From Thermococcus sp. JdFR-02 (lineage in GTDB: Archaea; Methanobacteriota_B; Thermococci; Thermococcales; Thermococcaceae), in assembly GCA_002009975.1 (NCBI GenBank), contig MTLP01000012.1, positions 128,001 to 192,000 on the forward strand: DNA of 64,000 nt, in the 5' to 3' direction. Below, one piece after another: positions 18,754 to 28,656 of the stretch. Position 1 is the stretch's first letter. Every line of letters starts with the position of its first letter. The position numbers were made by a program, and so were the translations under genes. A model generated the notes under the pieces. The model did no database searches. It was given only the letters and a program-made list of their open reading frames with translations, and was not told the DNA's origin.

Positions 18754-19401
18754 TTAGAAGAGCGTCAAGTCTAGTAAGTGAGAGGGTTTATAAAGCTTTT
18801 TATTTTTTATTGCAGATTTTTGCTTTAGAGATTCGACTTTTTTCAGGTCTCGCTTTGTATTTACGTTATAAAAACTTTCTCTAAACTCTTTTGGCAGCTC
18901 TTCGATTTTAATATAACACGTGTTTGCCTTTAGAATTGCCGGTCTTATTGTGTAATCTCCTTTTTCAATCTGTTCCTTTAAAAATTTGGCAAAGCTTTTT
19001 GAATAAGCAGCATGGAGGGGCTCTAAATAACCATTTTTCCAGATTGGAACACATGCTGTACATTTGTCTTTGTAGAATTGCTCTATAATCAGTTCAACGA
19101 ATTTAGAATTTAATAGGGGCATATCACCAGCCACGACAAAAGAATCACCAATTTGCTTTAAAGCGGTATAAATTCCCCCAATTGGTCCAACTAAAAGATT
19201 ATCAACAAGAACTTCAAAACCAAGCTTCTTAAAACTCTTCCTTCTATCTTCAGAGGTTACAATGAAAAGCTCATGAATATACTTTGCTCTAGAAAGCTTT
19301 TCAATTGTATGCATTATTAAAGGCTTTCCGCCGACTTTAAAAAGCAGCTTATCTTCACCAAAGCGCTTTGCTCTTCCACCGGCTAAAATGACACCTTTCA
19401 T
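18754..19401 (-). CDS. mobA: Molybdenum/tungsten cofactor guanylyltransferase
   Basis: GVILAGGRAKRFGEDK, GPIGGI, DMP, EPLHAAY, NVNTxxD. Confidence 0.9.
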   Translation of the reverse strand: MKGVILAGGRAKRFGEDKLLFKVGGKPLIMHTIEKLSRAKYIHELFIVTSEDRRKSFKKLGFEVLVDNLLVGPIGGIYTALKQIGDSFVVAGDMPLLNSKFVELIIEQFYKDKCTACVPIWKNGYLEPLHAAYSKSFAKFLKEQIEKGDYTIRPAILKANTCYIKIEELPKEFRESFYNVNTKRDLKKVESLKQKSAIKNKKLYKPSHLLDLTLF

Positions 19402-19456
19402 AACTTTCACCATACATATTAGCTGAGATAGTGGAGATATAAAAGAATTGGCAAAT

Positions 19457-19882
19457 TTAAACAATTTCCACTAAAAGCCGCTTTTCTGTTATTCTTAATG
19501 ATCTTAGTAGGTTTTCTTTTACTAACTCTCTTTTACAGTCGTTGCAAAGGAGAAGTGTGTCTCTAATACTTTCTTTGAAGGATTTCTTTAATAGTGTATT
19601 CAAAGCTTTATCAGCTTGTTTATATGTGAATTCAGTGGGTTTCCCACATTTTGAACATTTAACAAGCTCAAATTTAAGAATTTGGACGTCATTGGCTTTT
19701 CTTTTAAATGCATTAGTGGGACATATTTTCTCGCAGTCTTGACATTCTGTACATTTCTTGGTATCGAAAATTATTTTCCTAACACCTTTCTCATCAACCT
19801 TAAGCAGAGCATTTGGGGAGCAAACATAAGTACAAGCACCACAACCAATGCAGAGGTCTGGATCAATGTAAAGCTTTGTCAA
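19457..19882 (-). CDS. 4Fe-4S ferredoxin-like subunit of formate dehydrogenase cluster
   Basis: CIGCGACTYVCS and CTECQDCEKICP plus CSKC/CNDC; GGAGGTG SD before TTG. Confidence 0.85.
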   Translation of the reverse strand: MTKLYIDPDLCIGCGACTYVCSPNALLKVDEKGVRKIIFDTKKCTECQDCEKICPTNAFKRKANDVQILKFELVKCSKCGKPTEFTYKQADKALNTLLKKSFKESIRDTLLLCNDCKRELVKENLLRSLRITEKRLLVEIV

Positions 19883-19895
19883 TTCTACACCTCCT

Positions 19896-20393
19896 TTAAA
19901 TAAAAGCAAAACCAAGGGCTTTTTTGCTTTCTTTTCCCAATTTCATTGCTTTTTTCACAAACGTCTCCCTTCTTTTTCTAATTATTTCGCTAAAGTCTCC
20001 ATAAAGTAGAGCATCTGTTGGGCAAGTTGCTACACACGCTGGCTCTTTCCCTTCAGCTCTCCTATGGGCACATAGATTGCATTTTGACATTGTCTTATTC
20101 ACCGAATCAAGCTCTGGAATTCCAAAGGGACAAACTATTGCACACATCATACAGCCAATGCATTTTTGGGGTGCAACTAAGACAGCACCTTCCTCATCCC
20201 TATAGAGAGCGTTAGTTGGACAAACCTCTATACATGGCGCTTTTTCACAGTGCTTGCAGTGAAAAGCCATAGCTATCATTCCCTCAAATTCAAAAACGAA
20301 TATGTGGGATTTTCCATGTTCCCTCTCACATGCTACTTCACATGCTCTACACTCGATACATTTGCTAAAATCAATGAAGAGTGCTTTCTTCAT
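19896..20393 (-). CDS. 4x[4Fe-4S] electron-transfer subunit (FdhB/HycB/CooF-like)
   Basis: CIECRACEVAC, CKHCEKAPCIEVCP, CIGCMMCAIVCP, KCNLC...PACVATCP. Confidence 0.9.
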   Translation of the reverse strand: MKKALFIDFSKCIECRACEVACEREHGKSHIFVFEFEGMIAMAFHCKHCEKAPCIEVCPTNALYRDEEGAVLVAPQKCIGCMMCAIVCPFGIPELDSVNKTMSKCNLCAHRRAEGKEPACVATCPTDALLYGDFSEIIRKRRETFVKKAMKLGKESKKALGFAFI

Positions 20394-22449
20394 TTATCTC
20401 ACCTCCAATCTTAAAGATATTGCATGCACAGGCTTTCGTATCTGGGATTTTACTTATTGGGTCTAAGGTATCGTTTGTAAGAACGTTGGCTCCCCAGTGC
20501 CAAGGAACTGCAATTACTCCTTTTTTGACTCTTCTCGTGACTAAGGCTTTGCAAATGTATTCTCCTCTTCGTGTAACGAGCTTAACTAGGTCCTTATTCT
20601 TAATTCCAAGTTTTGCGGCATCTTCTGGATGAATCTCAGCTAAAGGTTCCGACCATCTTTTAGCTAAGGAGGGAGATTTTCCACTCATAGTTAGCGTGTG
20701 ATACTGACCAACATATCTATGAGTAGTGAGAATGAAGGGGTATTCATCATTTGGAAGTTCCGCTGGTGGCTTATGTTCAACTGCAGCCAAGTGAGCTTTT
20801 TCATCTTGTGTAAGGAATCTCTCTCTATAGAGAATCTTTGTTCCAGGATGATTTTCATTGGGACATGGCCAATGAATTCCTGCTAATTTTTCTTTTAATC
20901 TCTCTGGAGTTATTCCCCCATACTGTGGAGTGCATTGGTTGATTTCCCTTAGAATATCTTCAACTTTCAAGTAATTGAAGCTCCCAAGCCCAATAGTCCT
21001 TCCAATCTCACTAATTATCCACCAATCTGGTTTTGCATCCCCAGGTGGTTTTTTCACAGCAAAACTCCATTGTACTCTTCTTTCAGTATTTGTTAAAGAA
21101 CCCTCATTTTCCAACATTGCTGCCGCTGGAAGAATGATATCGGCAAATTGTGCAGTTTCCGTTAAAAATATGTCCTGAACAACCATAAATTCGAGTTTTC
21201 TTAAAGCTTTAATAACATGATTTGAATTTGCATCACTAATCACAGGATTTTCACCCATTACATAATATCCTTTGATTTTTCCCTTGCTGATAGCATAGGA
21301 GGCTTCAATAACTGTTAAACCAGGCTCATCGCTGAGATAGTCAACTTTCCAAAATTTCTTAAAGAACTCGAGTTTCTCTAAATCTGTAATCTTTTGATAT
21401 CCGGGAAATACATCCGGTAATACCCCCATATCGCATGCTCCTTGTACATTATTTTGACCTCTCATTGGAGAAGCGCCGCATCCTTCTCTTCCTATGTAAC
21501 CACAAATTGCTAAAAGCGTTGCCACTGCTCTAACATTATCATGACCGTGAACAGATTGAGTCAGACCCATTGCCCAAGTTATAACACCTTTTCCAGCGGT
21601 TGCAAAGGTTATAGCCGCTTCTTCTATTAGCATAGCAGGAACGCCAGTAATTTTCTCCACATATTGGGGAGTGTACTTTTCAACGACTTTAACAAGTTCA
21701 TTAAATCCAGTTGTTCTTTCCATTACAAATTTTTTGTCATAGAGACCTTTTTTAATTATAACATGCATTAGTCCATTGGCTAAAGCAATGTCTGTTCCGG
21801 GATAGTGTTGTAGATGTATATCTGCAAACCATGCCGTTCTTGTGAGTCTTGGATCAACAACGATAATTTTTGCTCCTCTTTCTTTGGCTTTTAAAACATA
21901 TTTAAATCCAACTGGATGGGTTTCGGCATAGTTATGACCCCAAATAATGATGCAGTTTGCTTGCTCAATATCTTTATAAGTATTTGTCATTGCACCAGCA
22001 CCAAAAGTTGAAACTAGTCCGGTAATGGTTGAGGCATGGCAAAGCCTTGCACAATGGTCTACGTTATTTGTGCCTAACATTCTTGCTAATTTTTGAAGAA
22101 GGTAATTTGGTTCGTTGAAGGTTCTTGCACTTCCAAGGAACATCAATTGATTTGGATCATCTTTTGCAATCTCTTTCAGTCTCTCAGCAACTTCCTTTAC
22201 TGCTTTATTCCAGCTTATTTCCTTAAACTTTCCTTCTTCAACGGCTTTTAGAGGCTTTTTTAATCTTTCAGGATCTGAAAGGTGATCTAAAATGGTATTC
22301 CCCTTTGGGCAAAGTTTGCCTTTTTCATTTGGAATATTTTCGATATCTGTAGCATACTCGAGGTTAAGCTGATTACCCCTCACTTTCACATAAGCTCTAC
22401 ATCCCACACCGCAGTAGGGACAGACTATGGGTATTAGCTCACCCTTCAA
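20371..22449 (-). CDS. fdhA: Formate dehydrogenase alpha subunit (Mo/W-bis-PGD, Cys-ligated, no signal peptide)
   Basis: CPYCGVGC...LCPKG, NNVDHCARLCH, RGQNNVQGACDMG, VVQDIFLTETA; GAGGTG SD before TTG 22449. Confidence 0.93.
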   Translation of the reverse strand: MKGELIPIVCPYCGVGCRAYVKVRGNQLNLEYATDIENIPNEKGKLCPKGNTILDHLSDPERLKKPLKAVEEGKFKEISWNKAVKEVAERLKEIAKDDPNQLMFLGSARTFNEPNYLLQKLARMLGTNNVDHCARLCHASTITGLVSTFGAGAMTNTYKDIEQANCIIIWGHNYAETHPVGFKYVLKAKERGAKIIVVDPRLTRTAWFADIHLQHYPGTDIALANGLMHVIIKKGLYDKKFVMERTTGFNELVKVVEKYTPQYVEKITGVPAMLIEEAAITFATAGKGVITWAMGLTQSVHGHDNVRAVATLLAICGYIGREGCGASPMRGQNNVQGACDMGVLPDVFPGYQKITDLEKLEFFKKFWKVDYLSDEPGLTVIEASYAISKGKIKGYYVMGENPVISDANSNHVIKALRKLEFMVVQDIFLTETAQFADIILPAAAMLENEGSLTNTERRVQWSFAVKKPPGDAKPDWWIISEIGRTIGLGSFNYLKVEDILREINQCTPQYGGITPERLKEKLAGIHWPCPNENHPGTKILYRERFLTQDEKAHLAAVEHKPPAELPNDEYPFILTTHRYVGQYHTLTMSGKSPSLAKRWSEPLAEIHPEDAAKLGIKNKDLVKLVTRRGEYICKALVTRRVKKGVIAVPWHWGANVLTNDTLDPISKIPDTKACACNIFKIGGEINEESTLH

Positions 22450-22621
22450 AGCAGACACCTCATGAACATAAGTCTTCACAATGTGCACAATTTACCTCAA
22501 TTCTGTTTTGACAAATTTAGTTTAAAATTCTTTCTATGAACACCCAATTATTGACATAAACATGTTAATAACTGTTGCTTAAAAGAGGATATATGAAAGC
22601 AGAAAACATCTATTGGAGATC

Positions 22622-23386
22622 TCAAAATATTATTCTTCCCTCTCCAGCATAAATTGTAAACCTTCTTCCCCTCGCAAATCCTATCAGGGTTATTCCATTT
22701 TCCTTTGCCAATTGAATACCTTTATCTGTTGGAGGGGACTTTGTTATGATGATCGGTATTCCAGCATTTGCAGCTTTTTTGACCATTGCATAGGGCATTC
22801 TCCCACTTGAAGCTAAAATAGTGTTGTCTAAACTTATTTTGTTTAAAACGGCATATCCTACAACTTTATCAACAGCATTGTGTCTACCAATATCTTCACT
22901 ATGGACAATTTTTTTGCCTTCCTTATCAAAGAGTGCTGCCCAGTGAGTCCCTCCAGTCATTTTCCATATTTCCGAAATTCTTGACATCATGGAGATTATT
23001 TTTAGTATAACCTCTACGCTAATTTTCATTTCAGATGTTATTTTTCCTACTTCCTTTTTTTCTTTAGCCAAATATGAGTCACCGCATGGTGGATATTTTA
23101 TAGATGTCTCTTCTTCACTTTCTTTTTGAGTATCTTTGTACAGAATATAGATTTTATTCTCTCTAACTCTGACGTCACTTATTTTTTCTAAATCTGCGTA
23201 ACCTTCACAAACGGCAAATCCAGCTCCTAATTCTCTAAGTTGAGAAGGTGAAGCATTAAGTTCAGCAATAAGCTCTTCAAAATTCTCATATTGTATGTAA
23301 ATCTCATAACTTTGCTCTACACAAACGTAATCTTCTGTGAGAATGGCTTTTCCATTCCATTTACAAACATTTACTTTTTTTATCAT
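22622..23386 (-). CDS. fdhD: Formate dehydrogenase accessory sulfurtransferase
   Basis: TGGTHWAAL, EDIGRHNAVDK, SGR, TLIGFAR. Confidence 0.93.
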   Translation of the reverse strand: MIKKVNVCKWNGKAILTEDYVCVEQSYEIYIQYENFEELIAELNASPSQLRELGAGFAVCEGYADLEKISDVRVRENKIYILYKDTQKESEEETSIKYPPCGDSYLAKEKKEVGKITSEMKISVEVILKIISMMSRISEIWKMTGGTHWAALFDKEGKKIVHSEDIGRHNAVDKVVGYAVLNKISLDNTILASSGRMPYAMVKKAANAGIPIIITKSPPTDKGIQLAKENGITLIGFARGRRFTIYAGEGRIIF

Positions 23387-23820
23387 TACACCACCATTAT
23401 TTGGATTGGGGATGTTTTTTATTAATCTTGCTAAGTTTTGTATATTTTTGGATATAATCCAACAAAGTTTTGATAAGTATTTGCAAATCTTGGTTGTAGC
23501 TTAAAGCTAAAGAATGATGGTAATACTAATTTTTAATTTTTTCTTATTTGTTAAGATTTATTGAGTAATAAGTATTACATTTTTTCCTTTTTCCCCGAAT
23601 TTTAGAAAAATATAACTTTTTTCAATGTTTTTTTAAAAGCAATATATGCTATAGTGACAGCATTTGTTTATCATTACCATTTTATGTTAATTCATTTGTA
23701 AAGTTTAACAACTTTTTCATTTGTCAAAATATATGGTGTATAACCTTTCGTTTCAGAAACGTATTTAAGAAAAAATCTCAAACCTCCAATTGAGCATTTG
23801 AAGAAAAAAGTCCGAAGAGG

Positions 23821-23837
23821 GTTTAAAACCTAAAGTT
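23821..23837. promoter_or_regulatory. SurR long binding motif GTT-N3-AAC-N5-GTT
   Basis: GTTtaaAACctaaaGTT, exact match to the known Thermococcales SurR consensus, just upstream of the mbhA SD; one-mismatch copy at 23736-23752. Confidence 0.7.
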
Positions 23838-23848
23838 GAGGTGGGAAA

Positions 23849-24352
23849 ATGGGATTTGCAGCATCTTTCATCTGGTCGTTTATAGTATACCTATTACTCA
23901 CTGCTGGTTCAGGAAATATAATAGCATGGAGCATGGAGGAGCTAATTGCGGGAGTAATCATTGCAGCAGTGGTTGGCTACCTTACACGCAATATAATGGC
24001 AGAAAAGGTCGATTACTTCTTTAATCCAAGGAGATGGGCTTTGTTTATAATCTATGCAATAGGTCCATTTTTCTTAGCAATGGCAAAAGCAAACCTTGAT
24101 GTTGCATATAGGGTTATAACTGGAAAGATAAGACCAGGAATAGTCAAGATTTCTCCAGGATTGACAAGAGACGAAAGCGTAACTCTTCTCGCAAATTCAA
24201 TAACTCTAACACCTGGAACTTTTACGTTGGAGGTTGATGAGGAAAAGAATCTCTATGTTCACTGGATCTATGTTCCCGAAGGAAAGGAAAAACCAACTCC
24301 TGAAGAACTTTGTGGTTATCTACCAAAATGGTCAAGGAGGATTGCAGAATGA
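23849..24352 (+). CDS. mbhA: Mrp-Mbh subunit A (MnhE-like)
   Basis: ANLDVAYRVI...RPGIV...LANSITLTPGT...LYVHWI; first gene of 14-gene operon. Confidence 0.9.
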   Translation: MGFAASFIWSFIVYLLLTAGSGNIIAWSMEELIAGVIIAAVVGYLTRNIMAEKVDYFFNPRRWALFIIYAIGPFFLAMAKANLDVAYRVITGKIRPGIVKISPGLTRDESVTLLANSITLTPGTFTLEVDEEKNLYVHWIYVPEGKEKPTPEELCGYLPKWSRRIAE

Positions 24353-24624
24353 ATGCGGAAACTGTTTTTATGGGAGCGTTTCTATTGTTATTGGTTTCAG
24401 CAACGCTAACACTAATAAGATTGCTTTTGGGACCCACTATTCCAGATAGGGTAGTTGCTTTAGATTCAATGACTACAACAACGGTTGGTGCAATGATTAT
24501 CTATGGAGTTATTACAAAGCAAGCGATTATTATTGATGTAGCTCTTGTTTACGCAGTTTTGAGCTATATAGCAACGCTATACATTGCCCGTTATTTAGTA
24601 AAGAAGAGGGTGGGAGTGATATGA
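24349..24624 (+). CDS. mbhB: Mrp-Mbh subunit B (MnhF-like)
   Basis: GPTIPDRVVALD; ATGA overlap with upstream gene. Confidence 0.9.
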   Translation: MNAETVFMGAFLLLLVSATLTLIRLLLGPTIPDRVVALDSMTTTTVGAMIIYGVITKQAIIIDVALVYAVLSYIATLYIARYLVKKRVGVI

Positions 24625-24971
24625 TAGAGTGGATACTTCTAATTCTATTGGCGATAGGAGTTATATTCAATCTCTTAGCAAGCATTGGTATCTTAAGATT
24701 TCCAGATGTTTATACTCGTATACATGCAGCAACTAAGTGTACAACCTTTGGGACAATATTCATAGTCTTGGCAACTGTTGTTTATTCAGCGTACAATTGG
24801 ATGTCAAGTAGAGAATCTTCATGGGTTATAATAGCACTACACTCATTGCTTGCATTGTTCTTCTTGATACTAACTAATCCAGTGGGTGCTCATGCAATTG
24901 GAAGAGCAGCGAGAAAATCTGGTATTAGACCATATGGTGCAGTTATAGATGAACTGGAGGGAAGGCTATGA
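24621..24971 (+). CDS. mbhC: Mrp-Mbh subunit C (MnhG-like)
   Basis: GILRFPDVYTRIHAATK, TNPVGAHAIGRAA. Confidence 0.9.
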   Translation: MIEWILLILLAIGVIFNLLASIGILRFPDVYTRIHAATKCTTFGTIFIVLATVVYSAYNWMSSRESSWVIIALHSLLALFFLILTNPVGAHAIGRAARKSGIRPYGAVIDELEGRL

Positions 24972-25231
24972 ACTTTTTAGGGTTTTTTGAAATCGCCCAA
25001 ATTTTAGTTGGCATTGGACTATTAGTTAGTGCAATAGTTGCTATAAGGTTCAAGAATTTGGTAGCGGCTGTAATTGCAATGGCAGTGTTTAGTCTAATAC
25101 TTTCCTTAGAGTTCTACCTTCTACAAGCACCAGACGTTGCAATAGCAGAAGCAGGTGTCGGAGCTGGACTAACAACAGCAATGTATCTTTTGGCGATAAA
25201 GAATACCACCGATGAGGAGGTGATCGAATGA
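24968..25231 (+). CDS. mbhD: Mrp-Mbh subunit D (DUF4040)
   Basis: [16 protein letters not shown]. Confidence 0.9.
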   Translation: MNFLGFFEIAQILVGIGLLVSAIVAIRFKNLVAAVIAMAVFSLILSLEFYLLQAPDVAIAEAGVGAGLTTAMYLLAIKNTTDEEVIE

Positions 25232-25500
25232 GAAATGCCCTTGGAATCGTGGTCTTTTTAGCGTTCACGTTCTTCCTCTTAACAGCGGCATTTGAGATTA
25301 GACCCTTTGGAGAGCCTGTACATAGAGAGATGGATAACTATTTCATAATGCATGCTCAAGAAGAGGCTTCAGCTAATAACGTCGTGACGAGCATAGTGTT
25401 TGACTACAGAGGTTTTGATACACTTGGAGAGGCTACAGTTCTATTTACCGCAGTTGCAGGTGTTCTAATGGCACTTAGGAGTAGGGGGGTGAAGACATGA
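25228..25500 (+). CDS. mbhE: Mrp-Mbh subunit E
   Basis: [23 protein letters not shown]. Confidence 0.9.
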   Translation: MRNALGIVVFLAFTFFLLTAAFEIRPFGEPVHREMDNYFIMHAQEEASANNVVTSIVFDYRGFDTLGEATVLFTAVAGVLMALRSRGVKT

Positions 25501-25958
25501 CAACGACAATCATCAAAACAACTACAAGGCTCTTAGCACCTTTAATACTTGTATTCGGTTTGTATATAATCCTTCATGGTCATTTGACCCCTGGAGGTGG
25601 TTTCCAAGGAGGTGCAGTAGTTGCAAGTGGTTTAGCCTTACTCATTGTAGCGCATGAACATAAAAAGGTAAAAGAGCTCTTTGAGAGAGCCCCACTAAGT
25701 CAATTAGAAAGCATTGGTGCATTGGGCTTTTTAGGAACGGGATTATTGGGTCTTGCAGGGTATACCTTCTTTAAGAACGTAATAGCAAACAGTGGCTTCC
25801 TATTTGGGGGTAAAACTCCAATTGGAATAAACCCAGGTTATCTCAACACTGGAGGAACACTCGCTTACATGAACATCTTTGTCGGTATGAAAGTTTTAGC
25901 CGGACTTACAAGCATCATCTTAATCTTCTTCTTAATTCTAAAGGAGGGAGAGAAATGA
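25497..25958 (+). CDS. mbhF: Mrp-Mbh subunit F (MnhB-like)
   Basis: [13 protein letters not shown]. Confidence 0.9.
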   Translation: MTTTIIKTTTRLLAPLILVFGLYIILHGHLTPGGGFQGGAVVASGLALLIVAHEHKKVKELFERAPLSQLESIGALGFLGTGLLGLAGYTFFKNVIANSGFLFGGKTPIGINPGYLNTGGTLAYMNIFVGMKVLAGLTSIILIFFLILKEGEK

Positions 25959-26320
25959 ATGTACTCACCAACTTCCCATTTATCGTTGTAGCCTTGCTCT
26001 TAGCAATTGGCTTTTACACTATTGGCTTCAAGAAAAACTTAATTAAGATAGTCATAGGCATTGAGATAATTGAAGGAGCTGTTAACTTGTTCTTAGTGGC
26101 ACTTGGATATGTGAAAGGTGCATATGTGCCAATTTACACTCTTGCACCAAAGGAAGCCGCAGAGGTAAATAAAATGGTTCTTCCAACCCCACAGGCTTTA
26201 ACCCTTACAAGTATCGTTATTGGAGTTGCAGTAACAGCTTTAATGCTTGCTTTTGCCGTGAACATTTACCGTCACTATGGAACTTTAGACGTTAGAAATA
26301 TAAGGAGGTTGAGGGGATGA
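25955..26320 (+). CDS. mbhG: Mrp-Mbh subunit G (MnhC/NuoK-like)
   Basis: KKNLIKIVIG, PQALTLTSIVIG, HYGTLD. Confidence 0.9.
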   Translation: MNVLTNFPFIVVALLLAIGFYTIGFKKNLIKIVIGIEIIEGAVNLFLVALGYVKGAYVPIYTLAPKEAAEVNKMVLPTPQALTLTSIVIGVAVTALMLAFAVNIYRHYGTLDVRNIRRLRG

Positions 26321-27870
26321 TCGAGCATTTACCAGCTTTAGTAATTGCAATTCCCCTCTTCGGAGCATTCATAACACCTCTATTTAGGAAGAGGTATAAC
26401 TTAGCAGCCTTATGGGCAATATTAATCAGTGGATTAACATTGGTCCTCGTCCTCTTACTTGAGTATCAAGTTCTTACAAAGGGAATGATGATTTACGTCT
26501 TTGGTGCAGATAAACCAACGCTAGTGCTTCCTTCTGGATATAGGGTTCCAATAAGAATCATGTTCCAAGTTGATGGAATTGGAGCCTTTATGGCGATAAG
26601 TGCTGGTTTAATGTCATTCGTGGGTGCTGTATATTCCTACAGTCACTTACAAAAAGAGACAGGCTTGGAGAAGTACTACACGCTTTTACTCTTGCTAACA
26701 GCGGGAATACTAGGAATGGTCTTAACAGGAGATCTATTCAACCTATTCGTGTTCCTTGAAATAGCAAGCATAGCTGGATCGGCTTTAGTTGGCTTTAGAA
26801 ACTATAGGGGAGAAGCAAGTGAGGCTGGAATTAAGTATTTAATAGTGAGTTCAGTTGCATCACTAATGGTTCTCTTTGCAGTTGGAATACTCTATGGGCA
26901 ATATGGACACCTAAACTTAGCCTATCTCAGCAAGCAAATAACCTTCAATCCCCTAGACATGATTGCATTGGGATTGCTCTTTACATCATTCGCAATGAAG
27001 TGCGGTTCAGTTCCAATGCACTACTGGGTTCCAGATGCTTATACAGAAGTTCCAAGTGGAATAAACCCACCACTTCTCGTCTCTACATATGCAAGTCTTT
27101 ATGCTCTCTTTAGAGTTAGCTTCACCTTATTTGGAAAAATAACAATAGACATGGCAACAGTTGGATGGATAATGTCAATCCTCGGAGTACTAACAATGTT
27201 TATAGGAGTTACAATGGCACTTGTTCAAAAGGATGTCAAGCGTTTAATGTCCTATCACGCCATTTCACAAACAGGATACATGCTATTGGGTGTGGGTGTT
27301 GGATTGACAGTGTTCCACGACAAACAAGCATTGATTGAGTTTGGAAGAACTGCAATGGCGGGTGGAGTTTTCCACATAATAAATCACATCATCTACAAGA
27401 GTTTACTCCTCTTAACCGCTGGTGCATTGTTCTATGTAACCGGAACAAGAAACTTAAACGAAATGGGTGGCTTAGCAAGGAAGATGCCAATAACGACTAT
27501 AAGCTTCATGGTTGGAGCTGCAGCAATATCTGGAATACCCCCCTTCAATGGATTTGCAAGCAAATTCCTTATCTACGAAGCAGTTTACAAGTTAAACCCA
27601 CTCTTGGCTATATTTGCAATGGTTACGAGTATCTTAACATTGGCTTCATTCGTAAAGGTGTTTGCTTCAGCATTTCTAGGGCCACCTTTAGAGAAATACG
27701 AGAAAGTTAGGGAAGTTCCAAAGCCAATGATAGTTGCAATGGTAATACTAGCAGCATTGTGTGTACTATTCGGTCTGTTCCCAGACTTTGTGCTTGATAA
27801 AATAGTTTACCCAGCAGTTGATGCCCTCATCAACTTTATACAATATCAATCATGGGGTGGTTTAGCATGA
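26317..27870 (+). CDS. mbhH: Mrp-Mbh subunit H (MnhD/NuoM-N-like antiporter subunit)
   Basis: TGDLFNLFVFLE, PMHYWVPDAY, KRLMSYH, GIPPFNGFASK. Confidence 0.92.
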   Translation: MIEHLPALVIAIPLFGAFITPLFRKRYNLAALWAILISGLTLVLVLLLEYQVLTKGMMIYVFGADKPTLVLPSGYRVPIRIMFQVDGIGAFMAISAGLMSFVGAVYSYSHLQKETGLEKYYTLLLLLTAGILGMVLTGDLFNLFVFLEIASIAGSALVGFRNYRGEASEAGIKYLIVSSVASLMVLFAVGILYGQYGHLNLAYLSKQITFNPLDMIALGLLFTSFAMKCGSVPMHYWVPDAYTEVPSGINPPLLVSTYASLYALFRVSFTLFGKITIDMATVGWIMSILGVLTMFIGVTMALVQKDVKRLMSYHAISQTGYMLLGVGVGLTVFHDKQALIEFGRTAMAGGVFHIINHIIYKSLLLLTAGALFYVTGTRNLNEMGGLARKMPITTISFMVGAAAISGIPPFNGFASKFLIYEAVYKLNPLLAIFAMVTSILTLASFVKVFASAFLGPPLEKYEKVREVPKPMIVAMVILAALCVLFGLFPDFVLDKIVYPAVDALINFIQYQSWGGLA

Positions 27871-28208
27871 GCTTTACACTGTTATCTGGCTCAGGATTTT
27901 GGAATCCATTGCTCTGGCTTGCTCTATTAGTTTTCTTTGCCCTCATAGGCTACATAATATACAGCCGCGGAAACCCATCATACAAGCCCAACACAGATCA
28001 AGTTATGCCATTTTTGAGTGGTAACGTGGAACCTTCAAAAGAGAAGGTGCAAGTCAAGGCAGGGGACATATATTGGGGCTTTGTTGAAGCATTGAAAGGA
28101 TACTACAAAGTCCTAACAGCAATACACACTGGAGACATGAGGGATTATATCTTATGGTATTTAGGAGTAGGAAGCATAATTCTATTCCTCCTTGTCGGGG
28201 GTGCGTGA
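27867..28208 (+). CDS. mbhI: Mbh subunit I
   Basis: PFLSGN and HTGDMRDYILW motifs; operon position. Confidence 0.85.
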   Translation: MSFTLLSGSGFWNPLLWLALLVFFALIGYIIYSRGNPSYKPNTDQVMPFLSGNVEPSKEKVQVKAGDIYWGFVEALKGYYKVLTAIHTGDMRDYILWYLGVGSIILFLLVGGA

Positions 28209-28209
28209 G

Positions 28210-28656
28210 ATGGGAAAATTAGATAATTTCAAGCGCTCACTATGGGTCTTCCATGCATCAGGTGGTTCATGTAACGCATGTGATATTGAAATTGTAGCCG
28301 CTTTAACCCCAAGATATGACGTAGAGAGATTTGGAATAAAGCTAGTTGGATCACCAAGACATGCAGATGTATTGCTTGTAACAGGAGCAATACCAAGAGA
28401 TTTTGCCGACAAATTAAGGCGCGTATATGAACAAATGCCAGAACCAAAAGCAGTTGTTGTAGTAGGCAACTGTGGAACTTCAGGAGGAGTCTTTTATGAC
28501 TCTTACAACATTGCAGGGCCAATTGATGAGATAATTCCAGTTGATGTCTACGTTCCAGGTTGTCCACCAAGACCAGAGGCAATTATAGATGCGGTAGTAA
28601 AGGCTTGGCTTAAGGTAGAGAAGCTTGAGAAGAAACTGGAGGGGAAGGAAGAATGA
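28210..28656 (+). CDS. mbhJ: [NiFe]-hydrogenase group 4 small subunit (NuoB-like)
   Basis: GSCNACDIE, SPRHADVLLVTG, GNC, VPGCPPRP. Confidence 0.92.
   Translation: MGKLDNFKRSLWVFHASGGSCNACDIEIVAALTPRYDVERFGIKLVGSPRHADVLLVTGAIPRDFADKLRRVYEQMPEPKAVVVVGNCGTSGGVFYDSYNIAGPIDEIIPVDVYVPGCPPRPEAIIDAVVKAWLKVEKLEKKLEGKEE

Noticed and set aside
20371-22449. Selenocysteine-containing Fdh
   Set aside because: The active-site position is Cys (CARLCH) and there is no in-frame TGA
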